A stretch of DNA of 64,000 bases from Ilumatobacteraceae bacterium (GCA_022843125.1 JALHOG010000001.1:6088-70087), one strand, 5' to 3'. Counted from the stretch's first letter, positions 36,901-44,552 are shown. Numbers and translations: made by a program. The notes: generated by a model from the letters alone, not told the origin.

Positions 36901-39900
36901 TTCGACCGTGCGGACGAGTTCGAGGAACGTCGGTGCTCCAGATGTGTCGGTCCGCAGGACCAGCGTGTTCACGAGCGACGCGACGAGGTTCTCGCTCTCG
37001 AGCCAGTTGCGATTGGCGATCGCCGTCCCTGTGGTGACATCGCTCGCTCCGGACAGGCGTGCAACGACGAGTTGGAACGCAGCGAGCATCACCATGAACG
37101 GCGACACCTGGTGCGTTCGGCAGAAGGCCTGGAGTGCGTCGAACAGCCCCTCGGGGAACGGGGCCGTGATCGTCTCGCCCTGGGATGTGACGACGAGCGG
37201 TCGCGGTCGGTCCGATGGGAGCTCGGGTGCGCGTGCGTCGCGAAGCCGGTTCACCCAGTAGTCGATGTGCTCGTCGACGATGCGCCCGTCGACCAGCGCA
37301 CGATGCCACCGGGCGTACTCCCCGGCGTGTCCGGGATCTTGCAGGTCGGCGCCGTGTCCGAGCCGGAGCGCGTTGTACGACGCAGCCACCTCGCTGGTGA
37401 GCAACCCGAACGCCCACTCGTCCCCGATGATGTGATGCATCGACACGAGCACCCCGTGGTCGTCGTCGGCGAGCCGGTAGAGCTTCAGACGGATCAGGGG
37501 CAGCTGGTCGAGTCGGAACGGTTCGGTCGCGTCGGCGGTGATCGTGGCGAGGGCCGCATCCCATCCGAGCGGGGACTGACCTGCGCCGAGGTCGACGATC
37601 TCGAGCCCGACATCGGGTGCGTCGTCGAGGACCCGTTGAACGGGTGCGCCGTCGACGACCGGGAAGATCGACCTCAGGCCGGCATGGCGCTGCACGACGG
37701 TCGCGACGGCATCCTGGAGATGGTCCAACTCGAGCGGCCCTCGGAGGCGGCCGGCGAACGTGATGTGGTAGGCGAGCCCGTCGGGTTCCAGCTCGTGCAG
37801 GAACCACATGCGCTCCTGCGAGTAGCTGAGCGGGAAGTCGCCGGCATGGTTCGTTCCCTGGTCGTCGGCGCTCGCCGGGCGTACCGGGACGACGGCGTGC
37901 TCGTCGATGGCGGCGGCCAACTCGGCGACGGTCGGGTGCCTGAACACCGCGCTGACCGGGACCTCGACGCCGAGCTCTCGCCGGAGACGCGACGCGATGC
38001 GGGTGGCGAGGAGGGAGTGGCCGCCGAGGTGGAAGAAGTTGTCGTGGCGTCCGATGGTGGGGGTGTCGAGGACGGTGGCCCAGATGGTGGCGATGGTGGT
38101 TTCGGTGCCGGGGTGGGGTGGTTGGTGGGTGGTGTCGTGGTGGGGGGTGTGGTGGGTGGTGGGTGGTGGGAGTTGGTTGCGGTCGATCTTGTTGGTGGTG
38201 GTGAGTGGGAAGGTGTCGAGGGGGACCACGATGGTGGGGATCATGTGGTCGGGGAGGGTGCGTTGGCACCAGGTTCGGATGTCGTGTGGTGTGGGTGGTG
38301 TGGTGTGGGGTGTGGTGGTGATGTAGGCGACGAGGCGGGTGTCGTCGGGGGTGGGTTGGTGGGTGGTGACGGCGCTGGCGGTGATGTTGGGGTGTTGGTC
38401 GAGGGTGGCTTCGATTTCGCCGAGTTCGATGCGTTGGCCGCGGAGTTTGAGTTGGTGGTCGGTGCGGCCGTGGAAGTGGTAGGTGGGGGGTTGGTCGGGG
38501 TTGGTGTGTCGGTGGGCGAGGTCGCCGGTGCGGTACATGCGGTCGCCGGGGTGGAAGGGGTCGGGGAGGAAGCGTTCGGTGGTGAGGTCGGGGCGGTTGT
38601 GGTAGCCGCGGGCGACGCCGTTGCCGGCGATGTAGAGCTCGCCGATGGTGCCGTCGGGGACGGGTTGTTGGTGGTCGTCGAGGACGTAGACGCGTGTGCC
38701 GGGAATCGGCGACCCCAACGCCACCACCGACGCGCCGGGCTCGATCAGCTGTGCTGTGGCGAACACCGTCGATTCGGTCGGGCCGTAGGTGTTCCACACA
38801 GCGCCGGCGCGAGCGTTGAGGGCCGCAGCGAGATCCAGCGTCAGAGCCTCGCCGCCGCTCACTGCGATGAAGTCGCCGCGTCCCTCCCATCCCCACTCGA
38901 GCAGCATCCGCCACGCCGTCGGGGTCCCATCCATGTATGTCGCACCCACCGTGTCGAGCAGTCGGCTCAACGCTGCCGCGTCGGTTCGGGTGGAGTCGTC
39001 GGCGATGACCAGCTCGGCGCCGACCAGGAGCGCCATGAAGATGTCGGTGACGGAGGTGTCGAACGAGATGGCCGACTGACAGACCACCACGTCGTCGGGC
39101 CCCACACCGGTCAGATCTGCGAGAGCCAGTGCCCGCTGAGCAACCGCCCACTGCTCGATCTCGACGCCCTTCGGGGTCCCGGTCGAGCCTGACGTATACA
39201 TGACGTACGCGAGACTGTCCGGTCCGACCGCCGGGAGTTCTGCTGTGGAGTCGGGGAGATGCCGGGGGTCGATGCGCGTGATGTCTGCGAGCGGCCCAGG
39301 AACGGCCGCATCGGAGATGAGCACCGTCGCACCTGCATCCTGCACCATGAACGCCATCCGATCGACCGGGAGGTTCTGGTCGATCGGGACGTACGGGACC
39401 CCCGCCTTCAGGCAGGCGACGAGCGCTGTCACGAGGCCCACCGAACGCTCGATGATCACGCCGGCCGATGAACCATCGGTGGTGTGGAGGGCGATCGCCC
39501 GGGCCATCGCTTCGGAGTGGTGCTCGAGTTCGGCGTACGTGAGGTGTGTCTCACCGCAACGAACGGCGGTGCGATCGGGCCATCGCTGGCACCGGTCACG
39601 GAGCAGTGCGGCCAAGCTCGTCGTGTCGGTCGGTGCCGATGCGATGGCAGCCCACTCGGCTGCGAGGGCGGCGCGCTCGTGGGTGCCGAGCAGCTGCAAC
39701 TGCGCGACGTCGCGATCGACGTCGACCCGGCCGGTCATGATCACTCGCCAGACCCGATCGAGCAACACCCTGACCTCGTGGGCGTCGAAGTACTCGCTCC
39801 CGAACTCGGCGCCGAAGTAGAGGCGGTCCGAACCGTCCGAGAGCAGCAGTGTCAACGGGAGAGCCGCAGGCCGGTGCGTATGGCTGACCGAGTTGATCTC

Positions 39901-41091
39901 GAGGCCACCGAGTGTCGCCACGATGCCGGGAACGCTGAGTGACGTCCCGGCGATGGTGTCGGGGTCGACCAGTCGGGTCGACTTCTGCCAGATGAATCCG
40001 ATCGTGGCCGAGGGCATCGGGAGCCCTTCCGACCTCAGCACCTCGACGACCTGTTGGAACGGGATGGCGCGGTGCGCCTTGGCCTCCGCGATCTCGTCGG
40101 CGACTGATCGGACGACTGTCCGGAACGAACTGCGCGGCTGGGCCCGCTGCAGCAACAGACTCGGTTCGGCGAAGCATCCGATCGTGCGTGCCGTGCGATG
40201 GGTGCGCCCGGCCCAGGTCGTCACCACGGCGATCTCATCGAGCTGTTGGGTCCGGAGGAGCACGACGTGCAGCGCGGCGAGCACGATCGCTTCGCGCGGC
40301 ACGCCGAGTTCACGTGCGAGCGACACGAGCGCGTCGTTCTCTTCGGACGAGACATCGCGGTGGACGATCTCGCCACGGTGTGGATCGGCGCCCGGTTGCG
40401 GGGTGGGGAGGCGGGGGACCGTCGCAGCACCACCCGCTGCGAACGTTCGGCGCCAATGCGCGAGGCACGCGTCCGCTCGCGGGTGCTCGTCGAGGGCCGA
40501 TTGATCAGCGACATGATCGGCCCATCGCCGACCGGACACCCGACCGGACACCCGAGGGGTCTCGGGCTGACCGCCTCGCAACCCGCCGTAGTGCGAGTTG
40601 ATCTCGGTGAAGAGCACCGCGAGCGACCACAGATCGACGACCAGGTGGTGCGCGGCGAGAACCACGACGTGGTCGTCGTCGCTGACGCGCAGGACCGCGA
40701 TCCGACACAGCGGTCCGCGTTCCAGGTCGTACGCGCGCGCGGCGAACTCCGACACGTACGACGACACACGTTGCTCGTCCCAGTCCGGAGCGTCGACCAC
40801 CGTGTGCTCCATCTCGGCCGGGGCGTCGAGCCGGAGCCGAGGTTCGCCGTCGACGTCGATCAGCCGAGCCCCCAGGATCTCATGGCGCGCCACGACGTCG
40901 AGCGCACCGGCCACGTAGGCGTCGGTGTCGAGCTGCTCGACGATTCGGAACGTGGCGATCAGCCTGTTGACGATCGAGTCGCCGACGATCTGCTCGCGGA
41001 TCCACATCGATCGTTGAACGGGTGTGAGCGGCAGCTGATCGGCTGTCGGTGCCACATGACCGTGACTGGTCTGGGTATGCGGCGCCGTCAT
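33916..41091 (-). CDS. non-ribosomal peptide synthetase, C-A-PCP-C-A-PCP-TE
   Basis: ORF 33916..41193. Start taken at ATG 41091 (MTAPHTQTS). C1 has HHLVVD (40633-40650). A1 has A3 YTSGSTGTPKG (about 39166-39201). The PCP1 Ser codon is 38014-38016. C2 has HHIIGD (37420-37437). A2 has A3 YTSGSTGRPKG (about 35983-36021). The PCP2 Ser codon is 34816-34818. The TE spans about 34680-33919 and carries GGHCAGG. Confidence 0.95.
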   Translation of the reverse strand: MTAPHTQTSHGHVAPTADQLPLTPVQRSMWIREQIVGDSIVNRLIATFRIVEQLDTDAYVAGALDVVARHEILGARLIDVDGEPRLRLDAPAEMEHTVVDAPDWDEQRVSSYVSEFAARAYDLERGPLCRIAVLRVSDDDHVVVLAAHHLVVDLWSLAVLFTEINSHYGGLRGGQPETPRVSGRVSGRRWADHVADQSALDEHPRADACLAHWRRTFAAGGAATVPRLPTPQPGADPHRGEIVHRDVSSEENDALVSLARELGVPREAIVLAALHVVLLRTQQLDEIAVVTTWAGRTHRTARTIGCFAEPSLLLQRAQPRSSFRTVVRSVADEIAEAKAHRAIPFQQVVEVLRSEGLPMPSATIGFIWQKSTRLVDPDTIAGTSLSVPGIVATLGGLEINSVSHTHRPAALPLTLLLSDGSDRLYFGAEFGSEYFDAHEVRVLLDRVWRVIMTGRVDVDRDVAQLQLLGTHERAALAAEWAAIASAPTDTTSLAALLRDRCQRWPDRTAVRCGETHLTYAELEHHSEAMARAIALHTTDGSSAGVIIERSVGLVTALVACLKAGVPYVPIDQNLPVDRMAFMVQDAGATVLISDAAVPGPLADITRIDPRHLPDSTAELPAVGPDSLAYVMYTSGSTGTPKGVEIEQWAVAQRALALADLTGVGPDDVVVCQSAISFDTSVTDIFMALLVGAELVIADDSTRTDAAALSRLLDTVGATYMDGTPTAWRMLLEWGWEGRGDFIAVSGGEALTLDLAAALNARAGAVWNTYGPTESTVFATAQLIEPGASVVALGSPIPGTRVYVLDDHQQPVPDGTIGELYIAGNGVARGYHNRPDLTTERFLPDPFHPGDRMYRTGDLAHRHTNPDQPPTYHFHGRTDHQLKLRGQRIELGEIEATLDQHPNITASAVTTHQPTPDDTRLVAYITTTPHTTPPTPHDIRTWCQRTLPDHMIPTIVVPLDTFPLTTTNKIDRNQLPPPTTHHTPHHDTTHQPPHPGTETTIATIWATVLDTPTIGRHDNFFHLGGHSLLATRIASRLRRELGVEVPVSAVFRHPTVAELAAAIDEHAVVPVRPASADDQGTNHAGDFPLSYSQERMWFLHELEPDGLAYHITFAGRLRGPLELDHLQDAVATVVQRHAGLRSIFPVVDGAPVQRVLDDAPDVGLEIVDLGAGQSPLGWDAALATITADATEPFRLDQLPLIRLKLYRLADDDHGVLVSMHHIIGDEWAFGLLTSEVAASYNALRLGHGADLQDPGHAGEYARWHRALVDGRIVDEHIDYWVNRLRDARAPELPSDRPRPLVVTSQGETITAPFPEGLFDALQAFCRTHQVSPFMVMLAAFQLVVARLSGASDVTTGTAIANRNWLESENLVASLVNTLVLRTDTSGAPTFLELVRTVEAGSLEAFDHQDAPFAQVVTRLGTAGLRERPALYRTFFNVLNAPFGLPQLDGVDVEFVHVDRGATQLDLSLAISTAAQLAVVEYDTDLFDRARIEETLERFWRILEAGIETPEISTVVLPLCSGAETAALRQEWAAAAAEPNSDMPDPDSALRQRAIADPEQIAVRCGGDSVTYRTLDDWADRVATFLIDRGAGRETRVGIRLERSPEMIAAVVGVLRAGAAFVPLDPDLPVDRLRFITEDSECALMLVDRTATTRSDQDSGPGTTVTVDISDVLSQPVGSPVAPRGGPHDSAYIMYTSGSTGRPKGVLVERRQLLHFLVGAQARLELTHDDVVVALTRLSFDPSLMEILLPLAVGASITVPTRDETTDPRALIDLVRSNGATLVQATPTRWRMLLDGGLPPDSSLTAVCGGEVMTPELATQLAGVAGRVFNVYGPTETTVWSTFERLPDGFSAALASVVALGSPIPGTRVYVLDDHQQPVPDGTIGELYIAGNGVARGYHNRPDLTTERFLPDPFHPGDRMYRTGDLAHRHTNPDQPPTYHFHGRTDHQLKLRGQRIELGEIEATLDQHPNITASAVTTHQPTPDDTRLVAYITTTPHTTPPTPHDIRTWCQRTLPDHMIPTIVVPLDTFPLTTTNKIDRNQLPPPTTHHTPHHDTTHQPPHPGTETTIATIWATVLDTPTIGRHDNFFHLGGHSLLAIRLISEVERRLGVEVPLSSIFQTPTLMEFATAVESGTASKWTSLVPIQPAGDERPFFYVAPYLITSLSFANLGQVLGRRPLYVLQPQGIDTGDSAHATVEAMAEHYLAEIRDVQPAGPYLIGGHCAGGTVAAEMVFQLERRGEAADLLVLVDAEAPGAPLSARGRVHPVRRAWQYFRDGRLRQAISWQLHLVYERVVQTRVGSPTEVRIAQVRRQHATAHAVYQPPSLCTDVALILSEEWNAPDRRSAVETGWFGITTGRITTRAVCGTHAGLVEMANSSALGAAIESELAACVAP
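34432..34434 (-). other. TE active-site nucleophile codon is TGC (Cys) in the GxCxG motif GGHCAGG
   Basis: Plus strand 34424-34450 reads ccaccggcgcagtggccgccgatgagg. In gene sense this is CTC ATC GGC GGC CAC TGC GCC GGT GGT, or LIGGHCAGG, in frame with the stop at 33916. Confidence 0.9.
34808..35536 (-). repeat. 729-bp direct repeat, copy A (module 2: A-domain A6-A10 region, linker, and start of PCP up to GGHSLLA)
   Basis: Base-by-base comparison by eye found it identical to 38006..38734, at an offset of 3198 bp (a multiple of 3). The encoded 243 aa are identical in both modules. Confidence 0.9.
38006..38734 (-). repeat. 729-bp direct repeat, copy B (module 1: A-domain A6-A10 region, linker, and start of PCP)
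   Basis: Identical to 34808..35536. Divergence begins immediately outside both ends: agtgcgg versus ccgggct on one side, atc versus gtg on the other. Confidence 0.9.
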
Positions 41092-41820
41092 GCGTCCCCG
41101 TCGGGGCGGGGCACAGCGATGGCCGACCGACCGATTCGGCGTCCCCCCGGCACGCCATGCGTCAGCCGACCGCACGAAGCCACGCGAGACCACACGTGCA
41201 CCAGTTGTCTCCTCCGATTGTTGCGGGGGTGAAGGCGTGCGCCGCCCAAGCGTGTGGTCATGTCAATGGTAACCAACCCGCAGGGCTGGATTTGGCATTC
41301 TTGACGAAATCTGCAAACGGCGGCGGGCTGCCCGCGGGTACATCCGGCCCTTGCGGCGCTCTGCACCGCCGGTCGTCAACAGCCGATTCCCTGGATCTGA
41401 TCGGGTGCATCATCGAGCGCGTCTTCGAACAGACCGCACACCTCGCCGACGGCCCTCGACCACATCAGTGCTGCAACTCATCCCGCTCTTCCTGATCGCC
41501 GTGTGGAACCGAATCAACCTGCTCTACGTCGTCATCCGTGGTCGTGTTCGACGATAGTCGATCCTCTCCGAGTGCGGTCTCGAGATGCGGCGACCGGGGA
41601 GTGGGACGTGCACGGTGAATCGGCTCGGTGAACGTCGTCGTCGCTCAGGTCAATGACTCCACCGAGTGACATCTCGACAGGGCCGATGGCTCGGGCAGGT
41701 GCGCTCGACGGAGCCTCACCGGCTCGATCGCCGAAGACGTCGAGGTGAGCGGCAGCAGCCGGGTTCGTGTCGCATCGGAGGGTTACCCGGTTGCGGAGTC
41801 CGGCAGTCGGCGCGATCTGC

Positions 41821-42321
41821 TCAGGTGACGAACGGGACGTATCCCTGGACGTCGACGATGACGTGAGTGCTGCCCGTGCCGCCGCACACGACCTCGATCG
41901 AGTTCTCCTGGCCGACGGTCGTCAGGGCGAGGTTGGCGAGCGTCTGCCCGCCTGTCGTCCAGTTGACGTTGGACGTCCCCGGCGTGTCGAGCTCGCCCGA
42001 CGCGTCGCCGCCCCACACCGTGAGGAACCCGCCGCCGACGGTCTGGGTGATCGTGACGTTGACGAACACCGCGAGCGCGAACTCGGGATATGCGGCACCG
42101 ACGTTCACGGCCACCGAGTCGCCGGGTCGGAACGCGCGGCCGCCGAGCACGCTCGTGGTCTGGCGCGAGTCGAACACGCGGATCGGCGACAGCAGTGTGA
42201 CGAGCTGGCCGGCGATCGGTGTCGGCGTCGCTGCGAGGGCGGGGCGACCGGCGATCGGAGCAGCAACAGCGGCAGCACCTCCGACGGCGATCATCCGGCG
42301 GCGGGAGAAGAGTGCGGGCAT
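41821..42321 (-). CDS. Tat-signal secreted protein, unknown function
   Basis: ORF track. MPALFSRRRMIAVGGAAAVAAPIAGRPALA-AT has a twin-arginine motif and an AxA cleavage site. A strong RBS, GAGGAGG, lies upstream of ATG 42321. The mature domain has a beta-rich pattern (RVFDSR...FLTVWGG...SNVNW...VIVDVQGYV). Confidence 0.7.
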   Translation of the reverse strand: MPALFSRRRMIAVGGAAAVAAPIAGRPALAATPTPIAGQLVTLLSPIRVFDSRQTTSVLGGRAFRPGDSVAVNVGAAYPEFALAVFVNVTITQTVGGGFLTVWGGDASGELDTPGTSNVNWTTGGQTLANLALTTVGQENSIEVVCGGTGSTHVIVDVQGYVPFVT

Positions 42322-42413
42322 GACGAGACCTCCTCGGTTCGTCCTTCCATCATGCGCTCACGACCCTCCGGGCGCCAGCACGGGGCGTGTCAGGCGGCGA
42401 GGGCGGGTCTCGC

Positions 42414-43697
42414 TCAGCCCCAGGTGACCGGGAGACGGCTGGGGCCTCGGAAGCTGATGTTGGGGAACGGGACGGTGGCCCGGTCGTCAGCGAGGGCGAG
42501 GGTGGGAAGACGATCGAGGACGACCTCGAGCACGATCCGCGCCTCGAAGCGGGCGAACTTGGCACCGAGGCAGTAGTGGTTGCCCTTGCCGAACGAGATG
42601 TTCTTGACCGCATCGGGCCGGCTGATGTCGAATCCGTCGGGGTCGTCGAACGCATGTGGGTCCCGATTGGCCGCGGCCAGGTTGAGGAAGATCGGGGTGC
42701 CGGCGGGCAGGTCGACGCCGCCGAGCGTGGTGTCGCAGGTGGTGACCCGCCGCCAACCGATCTGCGGCGAGTTCCAGCGGATGACCTCCTCGAGCGCCTT
42801 GGGGACGAGCGTCGGATCGGCCACCAACGCCTGCCACGCATCGCGACGGGGCAGCAGGGACACCAGCGCGTTGCCGATGAGGAGCGTCACGGGCTCGTGC
42901 CCTGCGAACGACAGGCCGTAGAGGATCGACTCGACCTCTCGGTACGACAGGTCGTCCGGGTTCGCGAGGTGGTATCCGATCAGCTCGGACGCCAGATCGT
43001 CACCGGGCTCGGCGCGCTTCCCTGCAGCGAACTCACGGACGTACCGCCAGTACGCCAGCATGTTGGTGGTGATGTCGACCTGCTCGGTCGGGGTCGGCTG
43101 CCCCCAGGAGAAGGCCAACCGGTTGGCGCACCAGTCCTTCAGTTGCTGGTCGTCACGTTCGGGGAAGCCGATGAACCGGAACACGACCTCGCCCGGTAGC
43201 GGGTAAGCGAGCGATGCCACGAAATCGGCGGGTGGCCCCGCGGCGAGCATGGTGTCGACGAGCTCGTTGGCGCGCCGGCGGATGTACGGCTCGAGCGTCT
43301 GGATCCGCCGGTTCGAGAACAGCAGCTTCGTGTAGTTGCGGATGCGGCCGTGGTCGGGCTCCTGGCGGTTCGACATCACCGCGACCGGGTCGAAGTCGGG
43401 CGCGGCGAGCACAGCGGCAGCGTCGGCCGTGATCGGGAAGACCGGATCCTGGACGTTCGCCGACGAGTACACGTCGGGGTTCATGAACACCTCGGTCACC
43501 AGGTCCATCTGCGACACCATGACGAAGCCGAGCGACTCGGCGTAGACCACCGGCGCCGTCTCGCGGATCGCCGACGCGATCGGGTACGGGTCGGCGACGT
43601 ACTCCGCCGCGAGCGGGCTGAATCCGTGGTCGACCGGGCAGCCCGCGGGAATGGGCGGCGGCCCGCTACGGATCTGGTGGTACGCGGTCTCGGTCAT
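42414..43697 (-). CDS. cytochrome P450
   Basis: C-terminal 427 aa of ORF 42414..44321, starting at MTETAYHQ with RBS GAGGGGGA. The heme-binding loop is FGKGNHYCLGAKFA, the EVIRW region gives ExxR, and the I-helix reads GLSFAGHEPV. Confidence 0.9.
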   Translation of the reverse strand: MTETAYHQIRSGPPPIPAGCPVDHGFSPLAAEYVADPYPIASAIRETAPVVYAESLGFVMVSQMDLVTEVFMNPDVYSSANVQDPVFPITADAAAVLAAPDFDPVAVMSNRQEPDHGRIRNYTKLLFSNRRIQTLEPYIRRRANELVDTMLAAGPPADFVASLAYPLPGEVVFRFIGFPERDDQQLKDWCANRLAFSWGQPTPTEQVDITTNMLAYWRYVREFAAGKRAEPGDDLASELIGYHLANPDDLSYREVESILYGLSFAGHEPVTLLIGNALVSLLPRRDAWQALVADPTLVPKALEEVIRWNSPQIGWRRVTTCDTTLGGVDLPAGTPIFLNLAAANRDPHAFDDPDGFDISRPDAVKNISFGKGNHYCLGAKFARFEARIVLEVVLDRLPTLALADDRATVPFPNISFRGPSRLPVTWG

Positions 43698-43827
43698 CGG
43701 ATCCCCCTCGTTGCGCCGACACCCCAGATCGTGACAGCGATCACCGCAACAGGAAAGCCGGTTCTGTACATCCGGGCGATGAGGAGAACTCATCGACGCG
43801 CGCCTCCAGATCGCGGCGGGCGTTACC

Positions 43828-44502
43828 GTGCGACGTGTGTCCAGCCGCGAGCCCGCCGATGATGCCGTCGAGCCGGTGACCCGCGCGCTCGAGGCGCTCG
43901 GGCTGGCGATCGATCGGCCCCAGCTCCGGTTCGGGGCGTCGGCGATCGACGCCGGGGCGATCGCGGATCTCCGGCCGGAGGAGGCGGTCGCGGTCGCCGC
44001 CTCGGTCGCATCGCGTCGCGCCGAGTTCGCGAGTGGCCGAACGCTGCTGCGGCGGGTGCTCGGCGTCGACGTCGCCGTCCCGGTCGGCGCAGATCGGCGC
44101 CCCGTGCTGCCGCCGGACGTCACGGCCTCCGTGGCGCACGACGCCGACCTCGTGATCGTGGCGGTGGCCCGCGACCAACCCTTCACCGTCGGGATCGATG
44201 TCGAACGCGTCGGCGCCGTCGATCGCACGCTCGTTCCGATCGTGCTTCGACCCGACGAGCCAGGCATCGATCCGACCCTCGCGTTCTGCGCGAAGGAGGC
44301 GGTGTACAAGGCGTGGAGCATGGCCGGCGGCCGTTTCCTCGAGCACCACGACGTCCGTCTGTCGATCGTCGGCCCGACCGTTCACGCCGAGGTGCTCGCC
44401 GTCGGGCCCGACGACCCGACGGTGCGGATCGGCGGCGGTTGGGCGACCACCGCGGGGCGTTACGTGGTCCTGGTCGTCGCCGAACCGGTCGGCGCTCGAT
44501 GA
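43828..44502 (+). CDS. 4'-phosphopantetheinyl transferase (Sfp/EntD type)
   Basis: ORF track. Contains SVAHDADLVIVAVA, TVGIDVERV and FCAKEAVYKAW, the PPTase motifs. The GTG start at 43828 is tentative. Confidence 0.8.
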   Translation: MRRVSSREPADDAVEPVTRALEALGLAIDRPQLRFGASAIDAGAIADLRPEEAVAVAASVASRRAEFASGRTLLRRVLGVDVAVPVGADRRPVLPPDVTASVAHDADLVIVAVARDQPFTVGIDVERVGAVDRTLVPIVLRPDEPGIDPTLAFCAKEAVYKAWSMAGGRFLEHHDVRLSIVGPTVHAEVLAVGPDDPTVRIGGGWATTAGRYVVLVVAEPVGAR

Positions 44503-44552
44503 CCGGCGATGAGCGCTCCGCCCGGATGTCGTTGGTTCCATAGGCTGCGCTC

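Noticed and set aside
34808-38734. Whether the 729-bp repeats mark an insertion sequence, or whether any repeat in the window is a CRISPR array.
   Set aside because: The repeats are in-frame NRPS coding sequence with no transposase or terminal inverted repeats. The only short tandem repeat (49506-49533) has 5-bp units without spacers. No CRISPR-like repeat-spacer periodicity was seen anywhere.
41092-41820. An MbtH-like gene or RiPP precursor peptide in the gap upstream of the NRPS.
   Set aside because: No frame encodes the MbtH signature (NPFDD...SLWP...P.GW). The small ORFs present have mediocre third-position GC and no recognisable leader/core features. They are recorded only as low-priority candidates in the findings.
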